64,000 nucleotides of DNA from Callorhinchus milii (Eukaryota). The position numbers and the translations under genes are program-made. Of the stretch, positions 48,996 to 63,955 are shown piece after piece. The stretch is taken from assembly GCF_018977255.1 (NCBI RefSeq), contig NW_024704742.1, positions 104,286,001 to 104,350,000 of the forward strand, in the 5' to 3' direction. The first letter of the stretch is position 1, and every line of letters starts with the position of its first letter. Under the pieces are notes generated by a model that did not search any database, had not been told where the DNA came from, and was given only the letters and a program-made list of their open reading frames with translations.

Positions 48996-51900
48996 GGTTG
49001 GGTTCAACGAATATTATAAGTGGACATTAAATAGAACATTACTCTGCGAACTCCCCTGTGACTTGATACAAGAGAGCTTAACGACAGTAGCACCAGAGTG
49101 ATTTTTTTAAACAAGTTGTGAGAAATTACAGACATTTATGACAGGGAAAGTCTACAATAAGTTGGATGATAAAGCCTTTTGCCTAGGCTGAAACTGACCA
49201 ACAGTAAATCATTTCGCCCAGCTGAAACTGAGCCATACATGAACTGAGGAGAAAGATTAGTCAAGGTTTCCATATTGCTCATTAGTCAATGACCCCTGAA
49301 AGTGTATGTGTTTGTCAGATAAGAGAATCAGGATCAATTGTGATATCCTATATAGTCAAATAATGTGTCAACACTTGGGAAAACAAGCATTAATTGTAAA
49401 GCCATGTTTTTTGGTCCTGTGAAAAACACTAAAAAATAGAATATCACAGGCGCTGTTGCTGGAATGTGTTTGTTTTCCAAGTGTGGCATTGAAATATGCA
49501 AAAGCTTTGTCAATATGAAGTCAATCATTTTGCACTGTTCTGTTTTTTGTTTTCACCTTTACTGATTAGCAGTCTGCTGTTGCTTCCACTGACATTCAAA
49601 TAGGTATGTATATTGGCCTGTCTCCAATTATACTCTTGTAAAATTTAGCAAGTGTTTCACTTCAAATAGAAACAAGATTTTAAACTCAACCAGTGTTCAT
49701 GACAGATCACATAAACCCTCATCAACCTTTTCACTTAATGGGCTTACTCTAGCTGTGTAGCTTGTCTCCTGCTGCTAGCCTGATCCTGCGCTTTGCCAAT
49801 AATAAGATACACATCTGAGAAAGCCTTTAACCTCATCCCACAGGAGCAATGTCATGGAAGACATTTATGTTGCACTGCACTTCCTGTTTTCCTTTAAAAA
49901 TATGGTGACAGAGCATTAGAGTTTCCCAGGAAAAGTTCACTGTTTTAGAATAATTGAGCATAAATCCTTGGGATGGCCTCCCGACGTGAAAGGTGCTATA
50001 TAAATGCAATTTTTTGTTGTTGAATTTTTCACTCCACAAAGAATGCTAAATGTATTGGAAAGTGTTCTTTAATTATACTGTGAATTGAGTGAAGTCTGTA
50101 TTATATTCCAGGAATTGGTTTACCTCAGCACTGAGAAGGTTCACATTAGTAGTTTGCAGTGAAGGACATGGGCAGTGTGGCACTATCAGATATACTGTCG
50201 TCTGCAAACCACCCTTCTACTTGTTAATGATGACATAACACGAGAAGAGGTTTGCATGATGTCCAGGCTATCAGTCCTCCAAATAAATTGGTCATTTATC
50301 TCATGGCCATTGTCTCAGTGGCCGACGCTCACTGGTATAAATGTCCCACAAAAACAGTAACTATGCGTGATGGTATCCCAGTTACTTGTGGAGCACTTTG
50401 AGATATTTTCATTTCATGATTTACTATAATCTATATTCTCGATGTACATACATTTTCTGCTGACAGACATTGCTCACCACATGGCTTGTGAGTAGTTTTG
50501 GAACCTTCTATCCTATTGAGGGCTTAAATCTGCACTTGTCAGATGTCTAATGACCAACTAATGACTATTCTCCTTTGGGGCGGGGAGAAGTAAGCAGGGT
50601 CTCTTTGGGGCTGAGTTGGCTTCCAGGTGACAATGCCTGGCAGTGGAAAATCTAAATTGAGTCTATCTGCTCTGGTGGTGGTCCAAAGTACTCCATGATG
50701 ACGGACCAGTTTGGCTCTTTAGTAAGACTTGGAGAAGCAGACTAGTGACCAATCACTGGGGAATGTGATTCTTTCCACTTAACCCCTGATAACCCTACTT
50801 GCTGAAGCCTTTTAATGGATACAGAAGTCCTAACCTGACAAGCAATGGAAAGCTTGACAGTGCTTTGCAATGTTAGGCTTTACTATTTTAGCTGAATACT
50901 ATGAGCAGTACCTCAACTCTCATTCTGAGACCCCCAAACCTTGTTTTTTTGCAAACTGAGCCTAAATTCTTTAGGATTAGCTAAGCATGGTGTAATGCTT
51001 TGGGAGGCTAGTGCACATTCCTTGTCAAATAAATGGAAACCATACACATATGAAACTTTCAGTACAGTAGAACCCATTATTAGGTGACCGATCAGGTTTG
51101 CAAAATTCCAACACATCTTTTAGCAGGGTGGGATCAAGAGTGGCCACTGATCAGCACTGCGCATCGTAATATGACCGGCGATGTCACTCTACATGCTGAA
51201 AGCTGCTGGCTCCATTGGCACACATCATGCTTGAAATTGTGGTATTGAGCTTTAAAACGTGCCTCTGTGCTTCTACTCCCATTATGTACTGTAATTAGTT
51301 TTGAAAAGCAACAACTGCAATTCAAGCAACATTTGAAGTACAGTGACATTTTTGGATTTTAGGTAAGCAACTGTCAGGGTTCACAATTGCATACAAAATC
51401 TGTGTTATGACATGGTTGTACTGTAGTTTGGTTTTGAGACTCAAATATGGCGATGGGTTTCTGCCTGTATTAGATACCTAGCTGATCAAAATAAAAATGA
51501 AGGTTCTTTCCTTTGTCTCCCTTTTCCACGTGACTCATTACTATTATATTTTCAGATTTCTGTGTGACTGTTATAGTGTAGTGTGAAACCAAATCTTAAC
51601 TAGCTTTACTATAATTGCTTTACTATAATAGCTTTACAAAATATTATTATTTATTTATTATTATTGCAGAATTATTTGAGTCTTAGGAGTGCAGATCCCT
51701 TCATAAAACTGTGTTCTTATTGTTCAACTAGTAGCATTTAACAACATTAATTACACATCCTAAAAGTGGCAGGTACACAAGAAAACTATTGGGACTTTTT
51801 AGCGTTTTTACCCAGTGAAATTGTTCTATAATGCATCGTCTTTCTAAGCAGAAAGTGTATTGTTTTTGCCCACACCCCGGTAGGTATGAAAAAGTCTTGC

Positions 51901-54339
51901 AGACTTAGACATTTTATAACTTGTAACATTTAGTAGACAGTTGTTTGGAATTTGTTCTTTCCATGGAAACTGAGTCACTGTAAGGGAGTTATGTGTGCCA
52001 ATGCAACTTGTGCTACACAATGTCTTCTGTTATTATTAGTAGTCAGCATTCTGAACGCCTACCCTCCCTTACTGCTTCCACAAACCTTTTAATCATGAGG
52101 TTTGGCCGTCTTTGCCAATTCTTGATATGGCTAATGTTGAATCCTCATGCTTGCAGACATTCCTCTCCCTCTTCAGCTTCCAACCCAGGCTGTTACCAGT
52201 GCACTTTCTCACACAACACCCTTTGACTTGGGGCTCTTGCCAGTAAACATGTCTGCTTGGTGGTTTTCGTGTGGACTAATGCCTGTTAAGGCACATACAG
52301 TCTAAAATTATACCTTGTCTAGCCTGTAAGACCTGAAAGTTTAAAATTGTGCAGAATTCTGTAAAATTCTTAAATCAAGTCTTAATTTGGAAGCCATTTT
52401 TCAGCAGTTCTTAACAAGAACTAGCTCCAAACTAAGAATGAAGTTAAGAATTTTCCACAATCTTAAATTTTAAGGTTTTGCAGATTAGACTCAGTGGAAT
52501 TTCAGGTCTAAAGCTTTATCTTGGAGTGCCCATAGCATTATGTTGGTACCTGCTATCTAACCTCCATAGGCAATATTCCACCTTAATGTTATCTTTAACA
52601 GCAGCCAATATTAAAGGAACATTAATCACTCTTTGTGACTAACATGATTAATAAGACCTGACTTGAATTTGCTATAGCATTTTATTACAGCAAAAAATAA
52701 GTGCACAATGAGTTAGTTTGACATGGACTGACTATTTTCAAGAAGGCACATGTTCAGTCAATCTGCCAGCAGGAACCCACAATGGATAGGGAAGTAAATT
52801 ACTGATTTTAATTTATGTTTGGTCAATTTGGACGAGAGAGGAAAATTGACTAGGACGAGTAGAAACAATGAACAAGACAATACAGAACAAAAAAAAGTAA
52901 ATTGTGTCCCTCTGACTCCCTCCCTCCCCTCATTCAAAGCCGGCCTCAAAACTCAAAACTTCGACTGAACTTTTGGTAAACTTTCCCCTCACCACCTCCC
53001 TCGGGAACCACCCCCAGCACAGATGCCCAACCAGCAGTGTCAAGTGTTTTGAAAGGCGTTATATAAATGTATATTGTATTGCATTTTACATTAATCACAG
53101 AAACTGCTGTTTACATGGCATATTGCCAGAGTACTGGGTACTTTCCAAAAGTCATGATTATTAATTGATTATTGCGAGAATTGCAAGAATGCTGGGTGCT
53201 TTCCAAAATCATGATTATTAAGTGATTATTTTTAGATTATTTAAGACTATTTAAGATAGGCTGAAAGAATGAAATACATTGAATGCTTTTTGTTAGTCTT
53301 GCAGGTTGGGGATTCATTATTACAAATAAGTTTACTCACCATATGACTTTTAAAAATACAGTAATAAAACTCTTAAGGTCAACCTCTTACTATCAATAGA
53401 AAACTTCCCTTATGGAGTGCTACCTGTTTGATAAATAAAAGTAATTTTATTATTGCTTGTCATGCCTTATATTTTTAATACATCGCTGATGGTTAATTTA
53501 TCATTTTTGTTGATGGAGATAGTTGATTAATTTGGTAAATACACTACACATTGGCCACACTGGACTTGCTTACATTGAAAACCTATTATAACCTCGCTTT
53601 GACTTTATCGTCAATAACTCTCCAAATGCATCTCAATACTTCAATGGCCTTGTTGATAAAAGCTTCTTTGTCTATTTTAACATGTTTTTGAGCTGCCCAC
53701 TAGCGATGGATGTAGGATGCAGTCTTTATCTCTACCTCTCTTGCCTAGAAGCATTTGGATCTATCATGTTTGGATCCCTGAATGTAGTGAACCTTTCATC
53801 CTGTGCTTATAATAGGAAAAGCACAGGAGAAAGAAAGAAATAATTCTCTAGTTGTAGTGTGATATGTTTGCATTATCTCTTTCTTTGCACAGCCAGAACT
53901 TAGGTATATTGTTTGTAAAATTATGGGTTTGAGCTGACTTCCTAACATTCTCTAATAAGATATGCCATTAAAGCAAATTATAATTAGGACTTCTGTGTTG
54001 CTAAGGTAATGATAGTTCCCTAATTTGAATGTTTTTTGGCTTGCACGTGCAACTTGACAACTGAGTAAAATTAGAATCAAACAGCGAAATGTAAAGTTTA
54101 ATTAAATTGTATTTGAATATTTGAAATGCAAACCTTTGGTACTATTTAACAGCTCAATTTTAGATGTTATTGGCCTCGGTTACACAACGATACACAGACA
54201 GAACATTCTACTATAACATCAATAACTTTCATTTCTATAGTGCATTTCAAGGAAGATAGCACCTCAAAGTACATTGCAGGGCTGGTCTGTATCACCAAGT
54301 GGAGACGGGTAGATTTAGGCGGGGTGATTTAATAATATA

Positions 54340-55085
54340 ATAATAAATATAATCCTTGCATTTGATATAGCGCTTTTCACGTCTTGTAGATGTCTCAAAA
54401 CACTTTACAGAACATACTGTAAAGTGAATTGACTGTATATTTGTGGGTGAAACGTGGTAGCCAATTGCGCACAGCAGTATCCCACAAACAGTCATGGATT
54501 GAAGTGACTAATTTTTTTTTGTTTTTTTTGAGGGAAAATAAGATGCATCTTAGATGCATAAGATGCCTCGCTCCCTCTCTTCCTACTTTCAGGTCCCTAC
54601 TGAAGATCTTTCTTTTCGACCGTGCCTTTGGTCACTTTCCTCCCCCTCCCCCTGGCTCGGCCCCGGGATCCGTTACTGTGAAGCGCTCTGAGATGCCGTC
54701 CGGCATGGAGGGCGCTATATAAATCCAAGTTGTTGTTGTTCAATTTGTTTAACTCCTGCTAAATTGTTCCTTGAGGTGTGGTATCAAGCCTTAGTGGATT
54801 CTGAATATCAAAAAAGTGGTAGCCATCTAGTGTTAGTAGTCTACAATACAAAATTACATTTGTATAGCACCTTTCACGTTGGAAGGACGTTCCAAGGCGC
54901 TGGACAGGAGGGATTTGGACCCGATCAGGGAGGGTGGAGCGTGGAATATAGCTGAAGGCACGGTCGAAGAGGAGAATCTTGAGAAATGCCTTGAAAGAGG
55001 CAAGGGAAGAGTCGAGGCGAAGGGAATGAAGTTCCAAAGGGGACATGAAGCAGCCTGCTGAGCGGATGGAGCGGACAGATTGTTA
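54340..55085. mobile_element. Cluster of a SINE tail (-) and two L2 3' ends (+ 54570-54740, - 54843-55085)
   Basis: Tail hairpins and terminal microsatellites are visible. Confidence 0.75.
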
Positions 55086-55894
55086 TGAACAGTCTACCAC
55101 TGTTAGCTGATATTCTAACCTCCAATAGGAAAAAACACATCCAGGATTCAACAAGACAGGGCTGGTTATATATACAATCGAATCATCAGTGAATCACCAA
55201 CAGTACACCATTATCTGCAGGTAAACTATATCTCCATTTATATGCTATAAACTAGCAGTTATTAACAGTGTCAAATACATTAGCTACATCAAACCCTTTA
55301 CAGTGGGACCTCATCGTAACAGATTGTTTTACACTATGTTTGAAATAACAAAACGTTTTTTCGTGTTCTCAGCTCGAGGGTTTATCTGCAATTTGAATGA
55401 AAGATTTGACAGCAACAATTTACATTTATATGGTGCCTTTTATGTTAGGAGCATGTCTCAAAGTGTTTCGCACAACTGACTGACTGTCCTGTAAGTCATG
55501 TAAGTCTTGTTAATACGCAGTGCTTGCTAGTGTAGGGTTATCAGATACAAGTCATTAATAAAGTGAACCACTGGCTTTTAATTTCATGCTGTTCCTGGTA
55601 CATTAACTGCAAAATATTATTTGAGCTTAGCAGTTTGTTTTGCTTTTCTCTGTCAAGGTTGACTGACCAGGGCCTTCAGATTTATTACCAGATTTTTCTT
55701 TTGACTGGTGCTTAATATCTTGTTTGTGTGGTCTTTTTTAACTGCTGCATCAGCTGAAGTCTACATCCTTTGGAATTTCTCATTTCTCAAACAAGACCCC
55801 AATATTGTACAGTATATTATGGGACAAAGAGACTGAATCCCATTTGGAGCAAAAAGGAACATAGAAATCCAGACTCCCCTGAACAAGTACCATG

Positions 55895-56195
55895 TAATAA
55901 TAATAATCCTTGCATTTGATACAGTACTTTTCACATCTTCTAGACGTCTCAAAGCGCTTCACAGAATATACTGTAAAGTGAATTGACTGTATATTTGTGG
56001 GCAAAACGCAGCAGTCAACTGCACACAGCAGTGTCCCACAAAAAAGTCGTGGATTGAAGTGACCAATTTATTATTGTTATTTTTCTTGAGTGATTATTAT
56101 TAGGCATGTTGAGTAAGGAAACCTGGCTAAGGTTTTGCCCTACCGGGAATCGATCCCAGATCTCTCACTTGCGAAGCAAGTGCTCTAACCACTGC
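55895..56195 (-). mobile_element. tRNA-derived SINE
   Basis: Same family as 36479-36803. Confidence 0.85.
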
Positions 56196-58439
56196 AGATA
56201 GAGACAAAAATGATCTTGAAATTTAACCAAATGGTCATTTAAATGACTGAACAACACAACTTTTGTTACATTATTCTACATGTCCGGTATAATATTTGTT
56301 TCCAATATAATATTCATTGCATCCTGGGCTATGTTCCTAAATTAAACTTTTCCAAATGCTATTTGACTGCACTTGTTTAGACTTCCTTAATTGAAAGCCG
56401 CTTTGTTGTGTTGTAAATAAGAGTGCATTGTCTGGAAATTATAGTTGATGTAAAGAATAATTACTAACTGGAAAAGCAAGATTAGGTGAAATAATTAAGA
56501 ATATTATTGTTTCATAATATCATAATGAAATGAAAAATGTGATGCGATAATTAGCCTGGTGAGAATTTTTACATTGACGAAAATTGCAATCAAACCATTT
56601 GATGATTATGCATTTGTAGATTTGTAGAACACTTCACCTCCCTCTCCAGATTTTAGCACAGTGGTTTGCCCAAGGCTTTCTGCAGTCTCCATTCTCACTA
56701 CTGAAGCTGCTAGTTATAATTATAATTGTCATTGCTAAAGTTGTTCATGGATGTCATTGATGTTGCTGTCAACGGATTGTGACATTTCATTGCTCCTTCA
56801 CGGGATACTGGTTCAGTTCTGAATGATTTTGCTGTTCAAGTTGAACTCCATTATTCTACTCTTGGTTGTATTTGCTAAAGCCTTCCTGGCCCCCTCTGAT
56901 AAGGATCCATTGATTGTTTTAATAATCTCAACTCACTCTTCTCAATATACTTTATTGTTACATCTCCTGCCAACATATCAAATAATTTAATCTGGACTCG
57001 AAAATACATTTACTCTTTTTATCAGTATATCGTTCACATTCAATCTTGGCTGATGTTCTTACTAAGTTCTTTTGGCATATTCACAAATGGGACATTTAAT
57101 TGAGGGTAGTGCCTGCTAAATATATTCTAGTGTCTATTTATATTGGCATGGTGCAGTTGATTTCTGGACCAAATATGCTGCTTAGGATATCAAATGAATC
57201 TGCTGCTAATTATAATGTTAAGCAACATTTTTATGAACCAAAATAGTTATCTCTTTGTTATAAATCATTACATGTCTCCTGATCAATTAGGGAGTCCCAC
57301 TGCAGCTCACAAAAGACACTTTCAGTTAGTAAAGAAGTGCCTGAAACATTTCTGAAACATTTCTGCTCAGTCAGGAATCATTCTGTCTCTTGGTAATTCA
57401 CTTTAACATTTCTGCATGTTTGAGAACAGCAAACAGAAATGGAATAATAATGAATTTCTAATCCCCACATATAACTCCAACCATCGATTATAAAACAACC
57501 ATTTAAATAAACTCCACTACCAAAAACAATGGAAATACTGCCGCATCCGATATTTGAAGATTATAAACATCCTGGATTTCTTCTGGCTTCATTCTATCTT
57601 ATCAAACTTGAAAAAGAACGTTGATAAATTGTCAAGAGCTCCAGGGATTTCCTACAAATACTGTAGTAGCATATCATAGACACACTAGGCATCATGGAAC
57701 AGTCTGTGGATGCAAATTTAGCTTTCATTTGAGAAAATTATATAAATGTAGAACTGCAAAATATATTTCTTAGATATACACATCTATACGCAACTGCAAA
57801 AAAAAGACAATTTCTAGGTTGTGTTGCAACAAGTACATATTTTGTTCAGCTCTACTGACTTGTTTGTTAATTATGGAATTAAATAACCAGAACAAAAATA
57901 TCCAGACCAAAAAGGAAATTGGTTCATATAAAACACAATGCAGAGTGAGGAGCAGGTCTGAAAGAAGAGGCTCATACAGGACTGCTATAAGGAGGTTAAA
58001 ATCAGGCTAACCCAAATAAGGCCATTTCACAGGGTGTACTGGATGCTGGCCAATTTATTCTGAGCTGGTCTCGCAGGAATGAAAAATTGTTGGAGATTCT
58101 CCAGCACCAATGGTTCGCTGATCCATAGTCTTTAAAACCATCCCACAGCTCATTTTTCAGGGGAGCAGGGTGAATTTTAAAAGATACTTCACAAACGCTG
58201 CGTATAAAATTATTTCTACATCATTGTTAGATCTCTCAAGTGACAATTGTGCATAATTTAAATTGGAACGCTCGCCCACCCTCCACTCCCCTTCTCTTCC
58301 TCGATGTCCAACCCCGTCCTTGTAAAACGCTCCGAGACATTGCGCAATGTGAAGCGCGTTATATAAATGCAAGCTGCTGTTGTTGTATTTGGAAACAAAT
58401 TTCTTACAGAAAATGACCAAAGGTCACCCAAACATCAAA

Positions 58440-58850
58440 TAATAATAATCCTGCATTTGGGATAGCGTCTTTCACATCAGGAGGATGTCCCAAAGCGCTT
58501 CACAGGATTTACTGTGAAGTGGAGTAACTGTGTATTTGTGGATGAGCACAGCAGCCAATGTCCCAGAAACACCCATGAAGTGAATGACCGAATTTTATTT
58601 GGGAGATTGTTGTCCAGGAGAAAATGCCTTCAAAAAGTGCCATGGGATCTTTAACGTCCACCTGAACAGGCAGATGAGACCTTGTTTTAATGTCTCATCC
58701 AAAGGGAGGAACTTCTAACAATACAACACACGCTCAGCACTGCATTGCAGTGTAGCTTAGATTGTGTATTTCCAAGCCCTGACCTGGGTCTTGAACCCAC
58801 AACCATTTGACTCAGAGGCAATAGTGCAACCACTAAGCCAGGGGGTTAGC
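58440..58850 (-). mobile_element. Deu-domain SINE (DeuSINE, SacSINE1/AmnSINE1-like)
   Basis: tRNA head GCCTCTGAGTCA...GGGTTCAAG, then Deu core TTGGATGAGACATTAAA...CAGGTGGACGTTAAAGATCCCATGGCACT, then an L2-type tail. Confidence 0.8.
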
Positions 58851-60379
58851 TATCAAGAAACAATATGTATCCATGCAATATCAATTTCAAGACAATTAGT
58901 ATATTTCTTTAAGTTTTCAGATATATTTGTAACTCATGTGTAAAAGAGCTGAAGTACATTTAAAGAGCAGTGGTCTCTAAGGCCTTACAAAAGCAATAAT
59001 GAAGCTGGAACAATGGTGTTCCAGGTGCAGTGGCTCGAATCCAGGTGCCTTAATGGGCCACAGGAAAAAGTTGCAGAAGAAATCCTATAAAAACAGCTTC
59101 CATGTGTGAATTGGAAAGATTTGAGTTTGCCACGCACAGGGTTCACAAAAGGATGAAATTGCCTCAGGAAGTAGATATTGCCTGAGGAAGTGGCTTTGGC
59201 ACAAGGCCAGGGGATCAGCCTGAGAAGATAGATGAAGAGGTGGATGAATGGAAAAAGAATAAAACTGTATCATGGGGAAAACAAAACGTAGGTTGTAAAG
59301 AAAAAGAGGCCAAGAAAGATTAAGAATAAACAAAATTAAACTGAAATGAAAGTCAGAAGGGTTAAAGAAAGGAAATAGTGGTTGAGATAAACCAGATGTA
59401 CAAAATAATTTTAAAAATCTAGTTCAGTAAATCTATGAATCGGAAACTAAATGGAAAAAACTACAGGTTAAAAAATATAGTGACTTTTCACTGATGTGTT
59501 CAAATCCACGATGGAAAAATGAGAATAAAGTCTTATCTTGTGACTATATGTTGAGGTTCATTATAGTTTTGGGCTGTCAGAAACCAGACCTTAGTAAAAT
59601 CTGCTATCAATTTGGCATTAAATCAGCAATTTTGAGCAGTGAGGACATGGGGCAGGCTACTCTAGGAAAGTAAACACTAGTGCAGTCGTGTCTGCTCTGC
59701 AGAAGCGTGGTTAAGAACAAAAACAACAATTTGCACTCATGTAGTGCCTTAAACATAGGGGGAACACACATATCATAGCACTTTACAAAGTCTGAGAACT
59801 GCAGGAAGCCAAGCTGGGAGAGAGAAAAAGATGAGTAAGGGAGTGGCCGAAAGCACAAAGAGATATTTTTTAGATGGGTTTTGAAAGCCACGAAAGGGGA
59901 TAAGTAAAGGGATTTCGGAAGAGAGCCGTAACATATTTCTTACCCATAACAAAGTTCCAACGTTTGTCTTTCTCTCCTCGTTCATTTCTGTCTGTCTTTC
60001 TCTCTGTCTCTAGAGAGACAGGTGAAGAGGTGGTTGGTTGGAAAAAGAATAAAACCATACCGGGAGAAAAGAAAACGTAGGCTGGAAAGAATTGCAGTAC
60101 TGACAAGTATTTTGCAATCTCAGCTGCATTGTTGTTGCCTGAATATCTGGCTATCCAATGCAGATAGATGGCTCTTGGCTACAGTCGGCTTACATCCATA
60201 TTATCTATAGCTCTCAGTATTTCAATAATGACTATCTTCCTGGGGGAGGTGGGGGGAGGCAAATTTAATGTTACTAATCTCATACGGTCTCATAGAATCT
60301 TGTTGGACTCTTAACTGTCCTTTAAACCTCACTGGGTGCTGACCCATTCAACTTTCCAACACCTCTGCAACACTGCCTG

Positions 60380-60865
60380 CCTCCACCATTACTTCTCTCC
60401 TTGGGCTGTCAAGACCCTTATCCAGCTTTTGTCAGGTCCAGGAAAACTAAGCCAATTCTTTTCTTGCTAAGTCTTCCCTCCACAAGCTGCAGACCATCCA
60501 GAACTCTGCAGCTCGTATCCTTTCCCACACTAGACTCCTCGAGCTTTTCATCCCTATCCTTGCCCGGTTCCACTGGCTCCCCATACCACAGAGGATTGGG
60601 CTCAAGATCCTCATCCTCGCTTTTAAATCCCTGCATAGTCTTACATCACCCTACCTCTGCAACCTTCTTAAACCTGCCTGTTACCTCCACTTGGCAGGCA
60701 CTGGGCTGCTTTATGTTCATTACCCTATCCACCCCCACGCCCACCCCCAACCACCACTCCTCCCGAATCCAACCCTGAGCTCTGGTGCAAGCCCTCGACT
60801 GTCCAGTGCTTTGGGGTGTCCTCCCAAAGTGAAAGATGCTATATAAACACAATTTGTTGCGGTTG
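60380..60865 (+). mobile_element. Degraded L2 LINE 3' fragment
   Basis: CTCCACAAGCTGCAG...CAGAACTCTGCAGCTCG segment and tail hairpin. Confidence 0.75.
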
Positions 60866-62141
60866 TTTCCTTGGAGATGAAGCTTGGCAACGGAATGCCA
60901 GAATAAATCAACCCTCTGTACCGGTCTTGATAGCTCAGTTCCTAAGACAGGTGGGTCCGCAGTATTCCAGATGACAGCACAGCATGGTGATGGGTTTCTA
61001 CATAACAACCAATGCAGAGCTCTTTTCCTTTTTAATTAAGTTGGCCGACACGGCACACAGTATTCAAATATAGCAGCACCGGTGATCTATACAAGGTTAG
61101 AGTAACTTATTTCCACTTATAGTCTAATGCTTCTAAAGGTGAATGCTACTATTTGACATTGGATGTTGAATTGAAAAGACATAGGCTATCTGGCCTGCAG
61201 CCAAATTTCAAAGAATATTCAATGCTCCACAGTATTTATTATATACTTCAGTTACTTCTTTTGCCAAAAATCTTCCAATCTCATAAATTTGCATTTATCT
61301 AAATGAAATGACATTAGCCACTTCTGAGCCAATCTCTCAAATCTCTCAGGATAAATAATAATAATCCTTGTATTTGATATAGCGCCTTATCATGTCTTCG
61401 TGATGTCTCAAAGCTTTTCACTGAATATATGGTAAAGTGAATTGACTCTATTTTGTGAGCGAAACACGGCAACCACAAGCAGTCGTGAATTGAGTGACTA
61501 AATTGTTTTTTGTTGGTTTAAAGCTAGAAGAAAGGATTTTTGTTCAGGAGAATAAATGACCTTGATCACTTTGTATCCGATCTGGCTATTCCCGATTGCT
61601 TTCAATCCCTCTCATTATAGTGACTGACTTTTCACTCCTGGAAATATAGTGGTGAGGCTTCCTCTAGTTCAGTTGTGATGAGTGCAGGATCAAGCAGTGA
61701 GGTGGATTTGTGGTAAACAGGGGAAGAGGCTGCATGGAAGGATGGCTCCATTCTACATTGATTTGTAGGGACAAATCGGGAGCAGGGATTCTTCCCACTC
61801 AGCTCCTGTTAGCCCTGCAAGCCAAACTTCTAATGGGTAGGGTGGTCCAGGCTCAACAAGCAGCAGTAAAACTTGCTAGCCGATGTTTTCAGTGACAAGC
61901 AATGCAGTTTTAGCTGGTTAACCTCCAGCATTACCCCATTGCACACTCTGGGGAGCCCAACGTTTGCTCTCGCCATCCTGCGCCTAATCTCCGGAATTAG
62001 GTGTACAGGATGCGTCCCTCAAGGGAGAGAATGCACATTCCATTCCAAACATGGGAATTTCCATATGTAGGTGGGGTGCATGGAACTTTCAGTCTGGTTG
62101 GATACCCCCAAGCATTTGATGGGTTTCTGCATGTGTCAGAT

Positions 62142-62274
62142 ACAACAACAACAACAACAACAAGATTCCATTTATAAAGCGCCTTTCACGTCAGGAGGAG
62201 GTCCCAAGGCGCTGCACAGTTGGGTCATGACCCGAGCAGGGGGGAAATGGTCAGGGTGAGGGGAGGGGGGGGGG

Positions 62275-62320
<46 letters not shown>

Positions 62321-62456
62321 GAGGCACGGTCAAGGAAGGTTTGAGGGCTTGAGGGGAGGAGGAAGCGGTGAGGCACTGGGATGGAGTCGACTCGGGTGAG
62401 GCTGAAGCCGACTGATGGGCGGTTGGGGGGGGGGGGAGGGGGAGGAAGGGGGGGGA

Positions 62457-62495
<39 letters not shown>

Positions 62496-62570
62496 GGAGG
62501 GGGGGGGGGGGGGGGGGGGGGGAGGGGGGGGGGGGGGGGGAGGGGGGGGGGGGGGGGGGGGGGGGGAGAG
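62142..62570 (-). mobile_element. L2 3' end with poly-G-corrupted body
   Basis: The tail at 62142-62265 matches the young L2. Residual L2 words (GAGGCACGGTCAA, GGCACTGGGATGGAGT, GAGGCTGAAG) sit between the G runs. Confidence 0.7.
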
Positions 62571-63619
62571 AAGTCAGCTTGAGTGACAAAAAAAGGAAAA
62601 AAAAAAATCACTTTGGTGACATTGGCAAACTCTTATGGCTTTATTTCCGTTTTCCGATTTGAAATCTTTTAGCAAGAATGCAAGCAATACCATCTCTAGC
62701 ACTGATCTCTGAGGCACTTCATTCCATGCTGATGCTGCTCCATAACTATATCACCAACTCTTTCTCTCTCCCTCCTCCCCCGCTCCCCCCAAATTTTGTA
62801 CCTTCTGACCTTGTGGACCAATGTGCGTTGTGGCATAGTGTGAAAAGCTCAGCTAAAATCAAAGATACAATGGCTGTTAACTTTTGCTTGTTCATTAGAC
62901 CAATGTGTCTTTGAAACATTCTGGGATTCGCTAGGTAAAAGCTATTTCCCTTAATATGGTGGGAAAGGTGTTTTACCTAGCAAATGTCACATTTACTGGA
63001 AACGTTCAATCATCACATCCCAAACCTTTCCCTTTTTTCTTTGTCAATGTGCACACATTACAACAACAAATTACATTTGTATAGTGCCTTTTACATTGGG
63101 AGGACGTCCTAAGACGCTGGACGTCACAATGCACTGAACATTACTGTTTTCGGTTTCAGTCTTTATTTTGTGCTCATCTACATTAAAATCTGTCTGCTAT
63201 CCTTTAACTCAGTATTGGCCAGTCTGTTTAGTTGGTCAACCAAATCAATTTTAACTTTATTGAATCTTTCGTCATTCATAGCTGTGAACAATCACACCAG
63301 TCCAGGCAACTCCACAATAAATCATTACCTTGTGTCCCCACCAGCTATTGACCAAGTTAATCATGGCACTGCCATAAATTAAGAAAAATTCAATAAATAA
63401 CAATGTAGTTGGTTGGTCAACCCATCAGCAGTTCATAATTCTAAATGTTTACCTTGCTTACAATTGTCATATATATTTGGCATTAGTATTTAATTCAGCT
63501 CACTCAATTCACTACAAATTCCTGTGAGCCTTTACCTTCTATAGTCTTACATATGAGAGTTTATCAAATGACTTCTGAAATTAATGAATATTCATGCATG
63601 TGATTTAATGCCATTGATG

Positions 63620-63955
63620 TTAGGACGAATGTGGCAGCCAATTTGCAAACAACAATGCCCACAAAGAGCAAAGAAGTGAATGACCAATTTTATCTGGGGA
63701 TTGTTGGCCTGAACACCAAGAGAAACTATCTTCTCTTTCTGAATAGAGCCATCAAATTGTTTAAATCTCCCTGAATAGGTAGACAGGACCTTAGTTTAAT
63801 GTCTCAAATGAAGGACAACACTTCTGACAATGCCGTGATTCCTGGCATTACATTGGAGTGTCAGCCAAAATGATGAGCTCAAAGTCCCAATGTGGGACTT
63901 GAACCCAAAACCTTTTGACTCAGAGGCGAGAGTGCTACCAACTAAATCAGGCTGA
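63620..63955 (-). mobile_element. Deu-domain SINE
   Basis: AGTTGGTAGCACTCTCGCCTCTGAGTCA head, GCTGACACTCCA and TGAGACATTAAA Deu-like core. Confidence 0.78.

Noticed and set aside
53125..53230. Small local duplication of about 45 bp
   Set aside because: Ordinary slippage-type duplication in AT-rich DNA with no further structure.
62251..62662. Poly-proline and poly-glycine ORFs, and an apparent G-quadruplex tract
   Set aside because: The G runs overwrite a recognisable L2 3' end and are most likely a sequencing or consensus artefact; not a gene.
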